The notes under the pieces were generated by a model. That model saw only the letters and a list, made by a program, of their open reading frames with translations. It was not told the origin of the DNA and did not search any database. Below are positions 42,695-53,113 of a stretch of DNA of 64,000 bases, in pieces. This DNA is from an uncultured Methylomirabilota bacterium. GTDB taxonomy: Bacteria > Methylomirabilota > Methylomirabilia > Methylomirabilales > 2-02-FULL-66-22. The DNA lies in assembly GCA_963705305.1 (NCBI GenBank), contig OY970067.1, positions 1,856,001 to 1,920,000 on the forward strand. The letters are read 5' to 3'. How positions within the stretch are numbered: position 1 is the stretch's first letter; each line of letters opens with the position of its first letter. Position numbers and translations under genes: made by a program.

Positions 42695-43146
42695 GATACA
42701 AGCCGACCTGGCGGCCACCGCCAAACAGGATCTCGAGGCTGGCGAGGCCACCGACGGAGAGCCCAGGCCCGTCAAAGGGACGTAGTAGATTTAAGAGACC
42801 TATTTTCTTGGGCGCTGCTCGAAGACGTGGGTTGTGCCTCGTTGGCGTCGAGTACATGCCGATGCGAGGCCGCACGACTTCCTCGTGCGGTGGGGGCGAA
42901 AATCCATGAGGACGTGGCAGCATTAATTACATTGTTTGATGCTGGGCCGCGCCGCGCCTCCACCGCATGGCCGGCGGAAATCTCCCTCTCCGCCCGGGGG
43001 CGGGGACCGGTGGAGTCTCGGCGTTCGGAGAACAAGCTCCCGCTCGATGCCGGATGCGGCGAAGCCGGGAGTCCCCCCGGCCCGGCGGCGACTTGCGCCC
43101 GATCGAGGGGTCCGATCGATCACCCGATGTCGCTCCGTGGCGTGGG

Positions 43147-43677
43147 TCACGCCTGCCCCTGGAGCAGGAGCCGTGCGACGTCCGGGGTGATGGCGCGCGC
43201 CCGCTGGACCAGCTCGGCTTCGGTGAGGTTCGCTGTCGGATGCGGCATGGTGAGGAACCGGTAGTAGGGAAGCCCCCACTGTTCGGCCATGGCCCGCCCC
43301 GTCACCTCAAACGGGTCCGTCACGATCGCGGCCGAGGGCACGCCCGCCTTTTCCAACAAGATGCCGTCGAGCACACTGCCCGATGAGCACGACCCTCAGT
43401 CACCGATGCCCGCGACCATGAGGTCGCAGCTCCGGCGAAGCTCCGCGATGATCGCCTCATCCGCGGGCACGCTGGCGTTCTGCTTCCGCCACATGCGGGT
43501 CTCGGCCACCCCGTACTCCGCCTTCAGAATCTCCCCGATCTTTTGCAGCAGGCGGTCGGAGTTGAATTTCGTGTTGTCGATCAAGCCGACGCGCTTGCCC
43601 GCGAGGGATGCGGGTCGCGGCGCGTAGGCCACGGTCTGCGGGGCCGCTTCGAGAGTGGGATCGAGCAGTTCCATCAT
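43147..43677 (-). CDS. UGSC-family selenoprotein (TGA at 43396-43398 read as Sec)
   Basis: Two in-frame ORFs joined as GIGD-TGA-GSCSS; hairpin TCGGGCA-GTG-TGCTCGA just downstream of the TGA. Confidence 0.82.
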
Positions 43678-44711
43678 TGTTTGACCTCCTTGGTCACCGC
43701 CTGGGAGGAGCGCCGGCTCCCCCAGCCAGGGACGTAGGCCGAAAAGGCGCCGGCCCGGCCGCCGGCCGCGATGACGAGAATATCGCCCGGGGATTCCACG
43801 AGCGGCCGCAGGCGCGTCTCGTCACCCGGCTTCACCGCCCCCGAGAGGCGGTGGGTCTGCTTGAGGTGGGCGAGCGAGTTCTGGGTGTGGTCGAAGATGA
43901 ACTGGCGGATCCGGGCCTTGGGCCACCCGTCCTGCGCAATCGTGCGCATATGCTCGCCGGCCAGGATGACCAGGTACTGGGGCTGGCCCACGACGTTCCC
44001 GGACACGCGCATATCGTCACACAGCGTCGCGAGGATCCCTTCCGCCGTGTTGGAGAGTTGGTTGTAGAATTGGTGCGGGGCCTCCGCCGCCATGACGCTG
44101 ACGGCGCTCTGATCGGGGCGGAAGCCGCGCTCAACGTGCAGCGGCGTCCACGGGCTGTCCGCCTCGTTTTCGGCGATGACGTACGAGAGCTTGCCCGGGT
44201 GCCCGAGCGTGCCCCGATCGAGCGCGCCCGGGCGGGACCCGCAGACGTTGCGCATGATCAGCCGCACCGCGCGCCCGATGGTGGCGTTGGCCCGCCAGCC
44301 CGGGCCGAACAGGTTATCGCCCGCGTTGATGTCGAGTTCCCGGGCGATCGGGCCGTTGACGACGATGAGGACGCCGGCACCCGCGGTGGACGTGCCGGGG
44401 CCGTGGTAGTTCCAGGCGGGCTCCCCGATCGCCTCGACGGCGGCCAGCACGACCGGCAGATATTCGGGTTTGCAGCCAGCCAGGACGGCGTTGATGGCGA
44501 CCTTCTCGGCCGTAATGGGGACAGCCCGATGGGCGATGTAGGCGACCTGGTGATCGGGGGCCAGCCGGACCGCCTCCAGCATGGCGTGGATTCGGTCCGG
44601 GGTGGGCGGGATGACGGGGAGTCCGTCCGTCCAGCCCTGGGCATGGCAGTATTCGATCGGGTCCGTCTCGTCGTCAATCACGTGACGCTTGGATGCCAGC
44701 GTTTCCGCCAT
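43674..44711 (-). CDS. Conserved hypothetical protein, usual neighbour of UGSC proteins
   Basis: GWTDGLPVIPPT, AINAVLAGC, RANATIGRA, ENEADSPW. Confidence 0.8.
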   Translation of the reverse strand: MAETLASKRHVIDDETDPIEYCHAQGWTDGLPVIPPTPDRIHAMLEAVRLAPDHQVAYIAHRAVPITAEKVAINAVLAGCKPEYLPVVLAAVEAIGEPAWNYHGPGTSTAGAGVLIVVNGPIARELDINAGDNLFGPGWRANATIGRAVRLIMRNVCGSRPGALDRGTLGHPGKLSYVIAENEADSPWTPLHVERGFRPDQSAVSVMAAEAPHQFYNQLSNTAEGILATLCDDMRVSGNVVGQPQYLVILAGEHMRTIAQDGWPKARIRQFIFDHTQNSLAHLKQTHRLSGAVKPGDETRLRPLVESPGDILVIAAGGRAGAFSAYVPGWGSRRSSQAVTKEVKQ

Positions 44712-45476
44712 CCGCCATCCTCCTGGCGCTGGGCCGGAGCCGGTTGGAAAGCGCCGGCGACGCTTGTCCCCTGGGCCTCGCGGCCGACGCCTCCAATCAC
44801 CGAGACAGCCAATGCCGTTACTATGCGGAATCTACCTTTGGTTGTCAATTGCATCTGTTCATCGAAGGAGAGGAAAGATCACTCATTGCATCATGAGATT
44901 AGTGGCGTTGTTGCCTATGTTAACCTACGCTTACCAAGCCGGCGAGGTCTCTTGAGCCTGGGCGCAGTGGAGCAAGGGAGAATCGGGGAATCGGCGAATC
45001 GGAGAGATGCAGCCGTGGGGGAGACCGGAGCTCGGCACGTGTGGCAGAACGCCGTGAGAAGGGTGGGGATCCGGCGGCGGCCAGCGGCCTATTGCACACC
45101 CTGCGCACGGGCCACCGCGAGGCGCCGCTGGTGGTTCCTGCGGAGGCATGCCTGGCTCCCCTGCGGTCTGCGGAATGCGGGACGTTGGAGCAGAGACAGC
45201 GTGTCGGATCCATGCCTGAACGGGACTCTCGAAGAGTCCGGGAGTTGACGGAAAAAGGGAACGCTGCTTCTAAGGGCGCTTGTTTCGCAGCGGCCTTGCG
45301 AGAATCATATCCGCCGACCGGGACGACGGACCGACGGGCCCGGTCGGTTCGCCCATATCACGGAAGACCCCTCCGCGCGGCGCGGCGCGCCGCGGAATCT
45401 GCCCGAGTTGGTGTCCGGGCGACCAGGTGCGGTGCGAGGTGACAGCGCGGTCCGATTATCGGCGGAGGGTCTTGAC

Positions 45477-45800
45477 CTACGCGAGAAGCCGGAGGCGCAT
45501 CAGCCGTTGCGCGAGCCGATAGATGTCCTCTCGGGATCCCTCGCGACGAGGTCCGACGGCGACCACGAGAACCTCTACCTGGGTCCGGCGCACCCGGTAG
45601 ATGATGCGGAATCGTTGGCCAGCGGCCCGCACGCTGCGGAAGCCTTTGAGTTCTCCGAGAAGCGACTTGCCTTGGAGCTCGGGATCGAGGGCGAGCCCGT
45701 CGATCCGCTCCCGAATTGTTTCCAGGGTGCGGCGATCTGTGATTGTCGCCAGCATGTTGCGGGCCGTCAAGGCTAGGCGGACGCGATATGGGCCCGGCAT
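45477..45800 (-). CDS. relE: RelE/ParE-family toxin
   Basis: GKSLLGELKGFRSVR...RFRIIYRV...VVAVGPR. Confidence 0.85.
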   Translation of the reverse strand: MPGPYRVRLALTARNMLATITDRRTLETIRERIDGLALDPELQGKSLLGELKGFRSVRAAGQRFRIIYRVRRTQVEVLVVAVGPRREGSREDIYRLAQRLMRLRLLA

Positions 45801-46075
45801 CACAGGTCCAGTTCCCGCTTCACCTTCTCCCACGGGATGGTCTTTCCGCTCCGCGCCTCCCTGACGCTTCGCCGCAGCGCTCGCATAGTCTCCTCATCTC
45901 CGAGGATCTCCAGGGTCTCTACCAGACTCTCGTAGAACTCCCACGGGAGCACCGCGAGCACGGGCTTTCCCCGCTTGGTCACGGTCACCGCGCTTCCCGC
46001 CGGGGGCTGGTTCAGCGCCTCGGCCAGCTCCAGCAATTGCGATCGAACCTGGGTGATGGACATCGTCTTGGTCAT
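45800..46075 (-). CDS. Phd/YefM-family antitoxin
   Basis: MSITQVRSQL...VTKRGKPVLAV...ETLEIL; TGTGCACA and TGTACA palindromes upstream. Confidence 0.88.
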   Translation of the reverse strand: MTKTMSITQVRSQLLELAEALNQPPAGSAVTVTKRGKPVLAVLPWEFYESLVETLEILGDEETMRALRRSVREARSGKTIPWEKVKRELDL

Positions 46076-47119
46076 GGGCACTCCTCCACACTGTGCACAT
46101 GAGTGTACATGCACCCGTCCTGGGTGTCAATCTCCGGCTCAGGCTCGGTCGTGTATCGAAGAGGACGTAGTTACCTTGATTACCTTAATTGCGACCAGCA
46201 TGCGGCCGCCTCAGCCTGTGGGTTGGGAGCCGTTGTTGACTCATCGGACGTGTCCATCGCGGGAAGGGGCCGGGAGGCATGCCGTGGAGACGCCGGGTAC
46301 AGGGGACACTGCAATTTCTGTCGTCTTCCGCAGAAAAGGCTATGGGACGGCTACGTGCCTCGTAGTGAGGGAGTGCACGGTCAGGGAGGACTCCGCCGCC
46401 TGCGCAGGAGGAATGAACGCGGCCAGGGGTGATGTGGACACAGGAGACTCAAGGCTTGAATCCCTGCGTGCCATTTGAGAGGAAAAATCAGAAACCTTCT
46501 GAGAACTGATCACGTGTATTTCCTCATGCGCGATTTTGATGCTTGGCGGTCAAAACTATCGGTAGGGGGCCGGGGAGAGCCGAATCTGCCAGTTGGGAGC
46601 CCGGCCCCAGCTCCGTGGGTGGCCGAGTAGCGCATTGCATGCTCGAGAGCGGCGAGGCCCGCGGAAACAATGAGGTGGCGCCGTCGCAAAAACGGGAGGC
46701 GCGCCCCGAATGGATTTGCGGGGCCTCTTTATAAGATGCCGCATCGTGGGTCGAGTCGTGTCCGCCCCTCATGCCCAAAACCCGGCATTGGCCAATATTT
46801 GACTCCATCCCCCTCGTGTGTCTTCCGTCACGCATTTCATTCCATTTAGTCAAAATGACATGTCACGAGTTTGGCGAGACTGCCACTATGGCATAAATGA
46901 TTCACACGAGACGACAAGCCACCCATCCACGAGCACCGGAAGCCCCTAAGTCCTTGGTAAGCTTCTGAATGGAGAGTGCTCGAAAATTTGGCAAGCCGCC
47001 TTCTTGGAACACCCGTTGCACTCGGACAGTCAACGTACCCCCGGATGCCAGGACCCAGAAGATCGGTGGTCGCCTGCATCGAAGGCGACCACAACGGCCC
47101 TTCATCAGGAGGCAACGGA

Positions 47120-47221
47120 ATGTTTGAGATCCTGTTCGTCGTGACGCTGTTTGGGGTCTTGTACCTGGACATCATTGAGTTTCTCGACAAGTGCGATTCT
47201 CCCCCAACATCGACCTTCTGA
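47120..47221 (+). CDS. Possible 33-aa membrane peptide
   Basis: RBS AGGAGG; MFEILFVVTLFGVLYLDIIEF. Confidence 0.35.
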   Translation: MFEILFVVTLFGVLYLDIIEFLDKCDSPPTSTF

Positions 47222-47680
47222 GGATCCGCCTGGAGTCCTCAGGCGCCTTTATGCGCCTGCCCTGCTGCCCTGGCCAAGGACTGTGATTGCAGCTTGCCTC
47301 GTCCCTCCCACGCCGCACCTGCTCCTGCTGAGGCACGCCCGTCTGCCGATCCAACGGGACGTAAGCTCAATTTCTGTGTATGATGGCGGCCTCCGCGCGC
47401 CTTGTTCCCGTCAGTGAGAGCGGAAGCCGGCGCGCTGTCGGATCGCATCCAGTCTCGCCCACTCCGTTGCAATGCCGGTCGTCCGGTTCGGGCATCCATG
47501 AACATCTCGCCTCGGAGATCTGCCGGCCCCGGCAGAAGGCCCTGGTCGTCGTTCGCCAGCCGGGGGCTGTCAGCCAGGGCTAGCCCACGGCAGCGAGAAA
47601 CCGATCGACCAGCTGATTGAGGACCCCGGCCCACTCGAAGTAGACCGAGTGGCCGACGTCCCAGACCTGCTCGACCTGAG

Positions 47681-47775
47681 AAAAAGGTACCGGAAAGCTT
47701 TGGGGAGCGAAGTGCTTGAATTCCCGGAGCAGCGCTTTCAATTCTTGGCCAAGGATGGGCCCGGCGAGGATGCTG
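47681..47775 (+). repeat. Empty (intron-less) copy of the target-repeat unit
   Basis: AAAAAGGTACCGGAAAGCTTTGG...CTTGAATTCC...TTCAATTCTTG...GGCGAGGATG. Confidence 0.75.
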
Positions 47776-48267
47776 TGATGCCGCGCGCCCGGTACGCGGC
47801 CCTTGGAGCGGACTCCGGCAGTGGCCGGAGCAGACGAAAGACGGGACGCCAGGGCCGATCTCCGCGAGCCGCGCAGTGGCGCACCCGAAAGGCGTGATCA
47901 TCATGACCATGGTCGGATTCCCCTTTGTGCGCTTCGCCCCTTTGGAGGATAATACGTCGACTCACGAGGCCCGCCACTAGGGAGCGCTTGCCCGCTCGGG
48001 TGCGGCCTGAGCCGGACGGCTTGGGCAGTCCGCATTCCCCCCGTCCTCTCACTCCAGCTCCCGATGGCCGCCGGCGGTCTTCCCGTCCGCGGACAGGCTC
48101 GCGTGGGGCACTGACGTGCCTGTCCGGAGAGGCGCGGAATGGATTCGCCGACCAGTGCGGTGCGCGCCGGCGGAGCCGCCTCGGGCGGTCCGCTGCGCGC
48201 GAGGCAGCCTTTTCGCACACGTCATGAAGTCGCCGCAATCTCGGGGCGGCGACGGGAGGAAACCGCC

Positions 48268-49293
48268 ATGGAGCACGCACCCTTTGATTTCGCAACGCTC
48301 CCGTTCGCCTATCAGCGGACGGATGGGAACATCCGGTATTGGTTCCGGAATGGCGAGTGGTCGGCCGGAGAGCTGACGGCCGATGAGCACGTCCCTCTCC
48401 ATATTGCCGCCACGTGCCTGCACTACGGCCAGGAGATCTTCGAGGGCCTAAAGGTGTACCAGCGGCACGACGGCCGCCTCCAGACGTTCCGGCTGGTCGA
48501 GAACGCGCGCCGCTTCCAACGCTCTGCCCAGAAGCTCTTGATGCCGGCTGTCCCCGAAGGGCTGTTCCGCGACGCCGTGCACCGGGTCGTGCGCGCCAAC
48601 CGGCGGTTCGTCCCGCCGTATGGGAGCGGCGCCAGCCTGTATGTGCGCCCGCTCCTGCTCGGGACGGGTCCCGAGATCGGGGTGAAGCCGAGCACGGAGT
48701 ATCTGTTCCTAGTCCTCGTCACCCCCGTCGGGCCCTACTACAAGGGGGGTCTCACCCCGGTTCGCCTGCGGGTGGAGGAGGCGATCGACCGCGCCGCCCC
48801 GGGGGGCGTCGGGGACGTCAAGTGCGGGGGCAACTACGCCGCGGGGCTCCGGGCAACGGCGCCGCTCAAGGCGCAGGGCTACGCCGAGGTCCTGTACCTC
48901 GACTGCCGGGAGAAGAAGTACCTCGACGAGTCCGGCTCCTCGAACTTCTACGCCATCATCGGCTCCCGGTACGCCACACCGGCCAGCCCGTCCATCTTGC
49001 CCAGCATCACCAACGCGAGCGTCCGGCAGCTTGCCGCCGACCTGGGCCTCGTTGTCGAGCAGCGGCCGGTCGCGGTCGACGAGCTCCCGACTTTCACCGA
49101 GGCGGGGTGTCTGGGCACGGCCGCCGTCATCACCCCGGTGGAGGCCATCACCTATCGCGGCAAGGACTACACCTATCTGACGGACGGCCAGGCGGGGCCG
49201 ATCACCCGGCAGCTCTACACCCGCCTGACCGCCATCCAGTGGGGCGAGGCGCCCGACCCGTACGGCTGGGCGGAGATCATCCCCGAGGACTGA
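48268..49293 (+). CDS. ilvE: Branched-chain amino acid aminotransferase
   Basis: LHYGQEIFEGLK, LYVRP, KCGGNYA, ILPSIT, GTAAVITP. Confidence 0.93.
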   Translation: MEHAPFDFATLPFAYQRTDGNIRYWFRNGEWSAGELTADEHVPLHIAATCLHYGQEIFEGLKVYQRHDGRLQTFRLVENARRFQRSAQKLLMPAVPEGLFRDAVHRVVRANRRFVPPYGSGASLYVRPLLLGTGPEIGVKPSTEYLFLVLVTPVGPYYKGGLTPVRLRVEEAIDRAAPGGVGDVKCGGNYAAGLRATAPLKAQGYAEVLYLDCREKKYLDESGSSNFYAIIGSRYATPASPSILPSITNASVRQLAADLGLVVEQRPVAVDELPTFTEAGCLGTAAVITPVEAITYRGKDYTYLTDGQAGPITRQLYTRLTAIQWGEAPDPYGWAEIIPED

Positions 49294-49817
49294 CACAGCG
49301 CCGGAGGCGTCGCGTGTAGTTGGGGACGCAACAAGTCTCGTGCGCTTGTGGAAGTGCTCCCCGACTACACGTTGCCCACGCCACCACTTCCCAGGGCATC
49401 CCGGCACACCTTGTCGCCTTCGGTCGCGTGCGCAGGAACTGCTCAGCAGGATGGCTAGACGATCTCCCAAATCCCGGCGGGGGCGATTTCTCATTTGACA
49501 TCACCCCCCCACGACCTGATATAGACCAGCTCTCGGCATCGGGACCAGCATCGGAGGAGAATGGAGGGTACTAGGCCAAGAACACGCCCGCCAATGTGGG
49601 GGGATACCGCCGAGGTGCCGGCGCCACCCCCGCCCCCTGGGGACATGAAGGGAGGGGCAATCGTGTAGCAATGATCCCAGCGTCAGGACATGTTCTCCCG
49701 CCAGTGGGACTTGACCCACAAAGACCATCAACCGTACGTTCGAGATCCGAAGATATTGCACAGCAAGCGGCGGCCCCTGAAACTCTGGTTCATCACGTAG
49801 AAAGGGGATGAGAAACC

Positions 49818-50858
49818 ATGCGAACCGTCAAGCTAACTCGCCTGACTCTGGCTGCGATTGCCGCTGTGCTTGTTGCTGCGGTGGCCGCTTCGGCAGGCCA
49901 GCCGCTCCTTTTGCGAGCGGGCTGCGGAGATCCGGGCGGGCAGTCCTCTCTGGCCACCACGGTGGGGAAATTCGCCGAGCTGGCAACCCAAAAGAGCAAG
50001 GGCGAGTTGAATGTCCAAGCTTTCTACCAATCCCTCGGAGCTGGCCCGGCTCTGACCCAGGCAGTCATCAGCGGGAGCGTGGACATCGGCACGGATGCGG
50101 CGGGCAGCCTGTCCCGCTTCACGGATGCGTTCCTCACTCTGGACCTGCCCTTCCTCTTCAAAAGCGATGCGGCCGTGCTGGACTTTTTCGACAAGGATCC
50201 CCACGGCAAGAAGATCATCGAGCAGTTCGAAAGGGAAGCGGGGGTGAAGGTCCTGATGCTTATCACCCACACGTCGACCTCGCCGATCAACGGAGCCAAC
50301 ATCTCGACCCGCAATAAGCTCCTGCGGGTACCGGCCGACATCAAGGGGCTCAAGCTGCGGACGATGACCACGCCGGTTGACCTCGCCCTGTTCAGGGCCT
50401 GGGGCGCCAATCCCACTCCCGTAGATTGGGGCCAGCTCTACTCCGCGGTGCAGCAGGGAGTGGTCGACGGCTCGACCGGCTCGACGCTCCCCGCCTACGC
50501 CTCGATCAAGCTGTACGAGGTCACGAAGTACTACCTCGCCTTGCCCTTCCGGAACTTCGTGCTGCCCTTGTACATGAATGCCAGCAAGTACAACTCGCTG
50601 ACCCCGGGTCAACAGCAGGTCCTGCATGACGCCGCAGAGGAGGCCAAGGCCTTCAACCGCAAGGATGCGGTGGAGTTCGTCGATCGGGCTCTGGAGGTTA
50701 CAAAGAAGGCAGGCGTGACGATTGTGTTCCCCACCCCGGCTGAATACGCGCAGTGGGCGTCGGTCCGCGAAAAGGTCTGGCAGGAGGTTGCCGAACAGTT
50801 CAAGGGGAAGATCGACCTGGACCTGGCCCGCGAGATCCAGAAGAACTACGGGCGTTAG
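49818..50858 (+). CDS. dctP: TRAP transporter substrate-binding protein
   Basis: LDLPFLF, KGLKLR, WGANPTP...LYSAVQQGVVDG. Confidence 0.9.
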   Translation: MRTVKLTRLTLAAIAAVLVAAVAASAGQPLLLRAGCGDPGGQSSLATTVGKFAELATQKSKGELNVQAFYQSLGAGPALTQAVISGSVDIGTDAAGSLSRFTDAFLTLDLPFLFKSDAAVLDFFDKDPHGKKIIEQFEREAGVKVLMLITHTSTSPINGANISTRNKLLRVPADIKGLKLRTMTTPVDLALFRAWGANPTPVDWGQLYSAVQQGVVDGSTGSTLPAYASIKLYEVTKYYLALPFRNFVLPLYMNASKYNSLTPGQQQVLHDAAEEAKAFNRKDAVEFVDRALEVTKKAGVTIVFPTPAEYAQWASVREKVWQEVAEQFKGKIDLDLAREIQKNYGR

Positions 50859-51070
50859 GCGAGGCTTGCCGCCCAGGCAATTTGGGGCTGCCGGTCCTCG
50901 TAGTGTCTCTTGCGTCACGCGTCGGGCAGCAGCTTCCCGGTGTGTCTTTCGATGGGACCCGAGCACATCGGAGGCGGGCCGCAGGCCCATCGGCTCGCTG
51001 GTCGGGCCTCCTCGTTGGTTAGAGCAATTTCGCGAGCATTTTCCGTTCGTTCGAAAGAGAAGGAGAGCGG

Positions 51071-52945
51071 ATGGAGAGGAAGGAGGGGCGGGGGAGCGGG
51101 CCCGTTGTTTTCCTCAGCGATGCCCTGGACCGGCTAACCGAGGTTTTCTACCTGGCGACGACGGCCGGATTTGCGGCACTGATGGCGGTGGGAGTCTTCT
51201 GTCGGTACGTCTTGAATAGCTCCCTGGCGTGGTCCGACGAATTGGCGATGATGCTGTTCGTTTGGTCCACGTTCCTGTCCATCGCCACAGGGTATCGGCA
51301 CGATAAGCACACGGGGGTCCGCTTTGTGGTGCAGGCCCTCCCGCCCGCCGGGCAAACAGTGGCAAACTTCCTTGCCGACGGGCTGGCGGGGGGGTTTCTC
51401 TTGAGCCTGCTCATGTCGGGCATCGAGGCCATTCCCTCCACGGTGCGGGTCCATACCGACGTTCTCCTCCTCCCCAGCACCGTGTCGTATGCAGCCATTC
51501 CGGTGGCGAGTGGGTTGATGCTGGTACACTGGCTGCGCCGCATCGTGGCCGAGGACCGCTGGAGAGCGATTATCGGGAAGCTCGTGTTTGCCGCGGCCGT
51601 GTTCGGTCTGCTGTATCTTCCCCTCGGTCTGTATCTGCCCCTCGTTGGCTCGGCGCGCTACTGGTTCCTCACGGTTGTCTTCCTCCTATCGCTTTTCCTG
51701 GGTGTGCCAGTGGCCTTCGCCCTCGGCTTGCTGGCCATCGCCTACCTGTCGGTCGTGGGCACGATGCCCTTCCTGACGGGTGCCATGCAGATATTCTTCG
51801 GAACCGAAACACTTACCTATCTGGCGATTCCGCTGCTCATCCTTTCCGGTACCCTCATGCACGTAGCGGGCATTGCCGAACGGATGGTTGATTTTGCGCA
51901 GGTGCTGGTCGGGCGGGTGCGGGGCGGCCTCGGCATGGCCGACATTGTCACGAGCCTGATCTTTGCCGACATCTCCGGATCGGCTGTCTCGGATACGGCG
52001 GCGATCGGGGCACTGGTCATCCCGGAGATGCAGCGACGAGGGTACCGCGCCGATTTCGCCGTGGCCTTGCAGGCGTCGGCAGGAACGCTGGGTCTGATGT
52101 GCCCGCCCGCCATCGCCCTGATGATTTATGCGGCGGTCATCAACGTGTCGGTGAGCCGCCTCTTCGCTGCCGCCATCGTGCCGGCGTTCCTGGTGGCAGC
52201 GAGTTTTGCGCTGGTGACGTACGTGCACGCCCGTAGGAACGGGTACCCGGCTGAGCATGTGCCCCGCGAGGAGATCCTGCCACGCATCTGGCGAGCCGTC
52301 CCCGGCCTGTTCGCCGGGGTCGTCGTGGTGGGGGGCATTCTCGCCGGGATTTTCACTCCAGCGGAAGCCGGGGCGGTGCTGCTCGTCTACGTGCTCCTGC
52401 TTGGTGTGACGCTCTACCGCAAGCGCATCAACCTTGAGGAGATCGTCCATTCCACCCTAGAGGCGGGCTATACGAGCGGCATGACCCTCTTCCTGACGGC
52501 GACCTCGGTCGCCGTGGGGTTCATGCTGGCGAGTGATCTGATCCCGACACACATCGCCGAGGTCGTCTCTCACCTCACCCAGGACAAGTACATGGTGCTT
52601 CTGCTGCTGAACCTCTTCTTCATTGGCACGGGGGTCCTTCTTGAGCCTCCGGCGGTCATCGTTGCCTTCCTGCCTTCGGTGATGCCGCTCCTGCACAATG
52701 TGGGGGTCGATCCCGTGGTCTGGGGGGTGATATTCGTCATTAATGCCGGAGTCGGCATGATCCACCCGCCGGTCGGTCTCACCTTGTATGTCTCAGCCGC
52801 AATCGGCAAGGTGCGAATTGAGCGGGCGGCGCTCGCGGCGTTACCGTTTCTTGCGATCATGCTGCTGGATCTGATTCTCGTCTCGCTGGAGCCCAATTTC
52901 TCCCTGCTCTTGCCGCACCTTCTTTTTGGTTATCCCTTGAGGTGA
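51071..52945 (+). CDS. TRAP transporter fused small+large permease (DctQ-DctM)
   Basis: RYVLNSSLAWSDE, then LAIPL, ISGSAVSDTAAIG, HPPVG. Confidence 0.9.
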   Translation: MERKEGRGSGPVVFLSDALDRLTEVFYLATTAGFAALMAVGVFCRYVLNSSLAWSDELAMMLFVWSTFLSIATGYRHDKHTGVRFVVQALPPAGQTVANFLADGLAGGFLLSLLMSGIEAIPSTVRVHTDVLLLPSTVSYAAIPVASGLMLVHWLRRIVAEDRWRAIIGKLVFAAAVFGLLYLPLGLYLPLVGSARYWFLTVVFLLSLFLGVPVAFALGLLAIAYLSVVGTMPFLTGAMQIFFGTETLTYLAIPLLILSGTLMHVAGIAERMVDFAQVLVGRVRGGLGMADIVTSLIFADISGSAVSDTAAIGALVIPEMQRRGYRADFAVALQASAGTLGLMCPPAIALMIYAAVINVSVSRLFAAAIVPAFLVAASFALVTYVHARRNGYPAEHVPREEILPRIWRAVPGLFAGVVVVGGILAGIFTPAEAGAVLLVYVLLLGVTLYRKRINLEEIVHSTLEAGYTSGMTLFLTATSVAVGFMLASDLIPTHIAEVVSHLTQDKYMVLLLLNLFFIGTGVLLEPPAVIVAFLPSVMPLLHNVGVDPVVWGVIFVINAGVGMIHPPVGLTLYVSAAIGKVRIERAALAALPFLAIMLLDLILVSLEPNFSLLLPHLLFGYPLR

Positions 52946-53113
52946 AGCCCGGGGTCGTCAAAGGCGTCTCCGGTAGCGTCGAATGGGCCTCGTGAGTTCG
53001 GGGACGCAGTTCAAGGGAAGAACTTCCAACCATCTGGAGAAGAGGGGGATAGCCCCCTGCGCATCAGAAGCGGTAGTGTGCCGGCGCTTACCCGCAAGCA
53101 GAGGAGGTCCATT

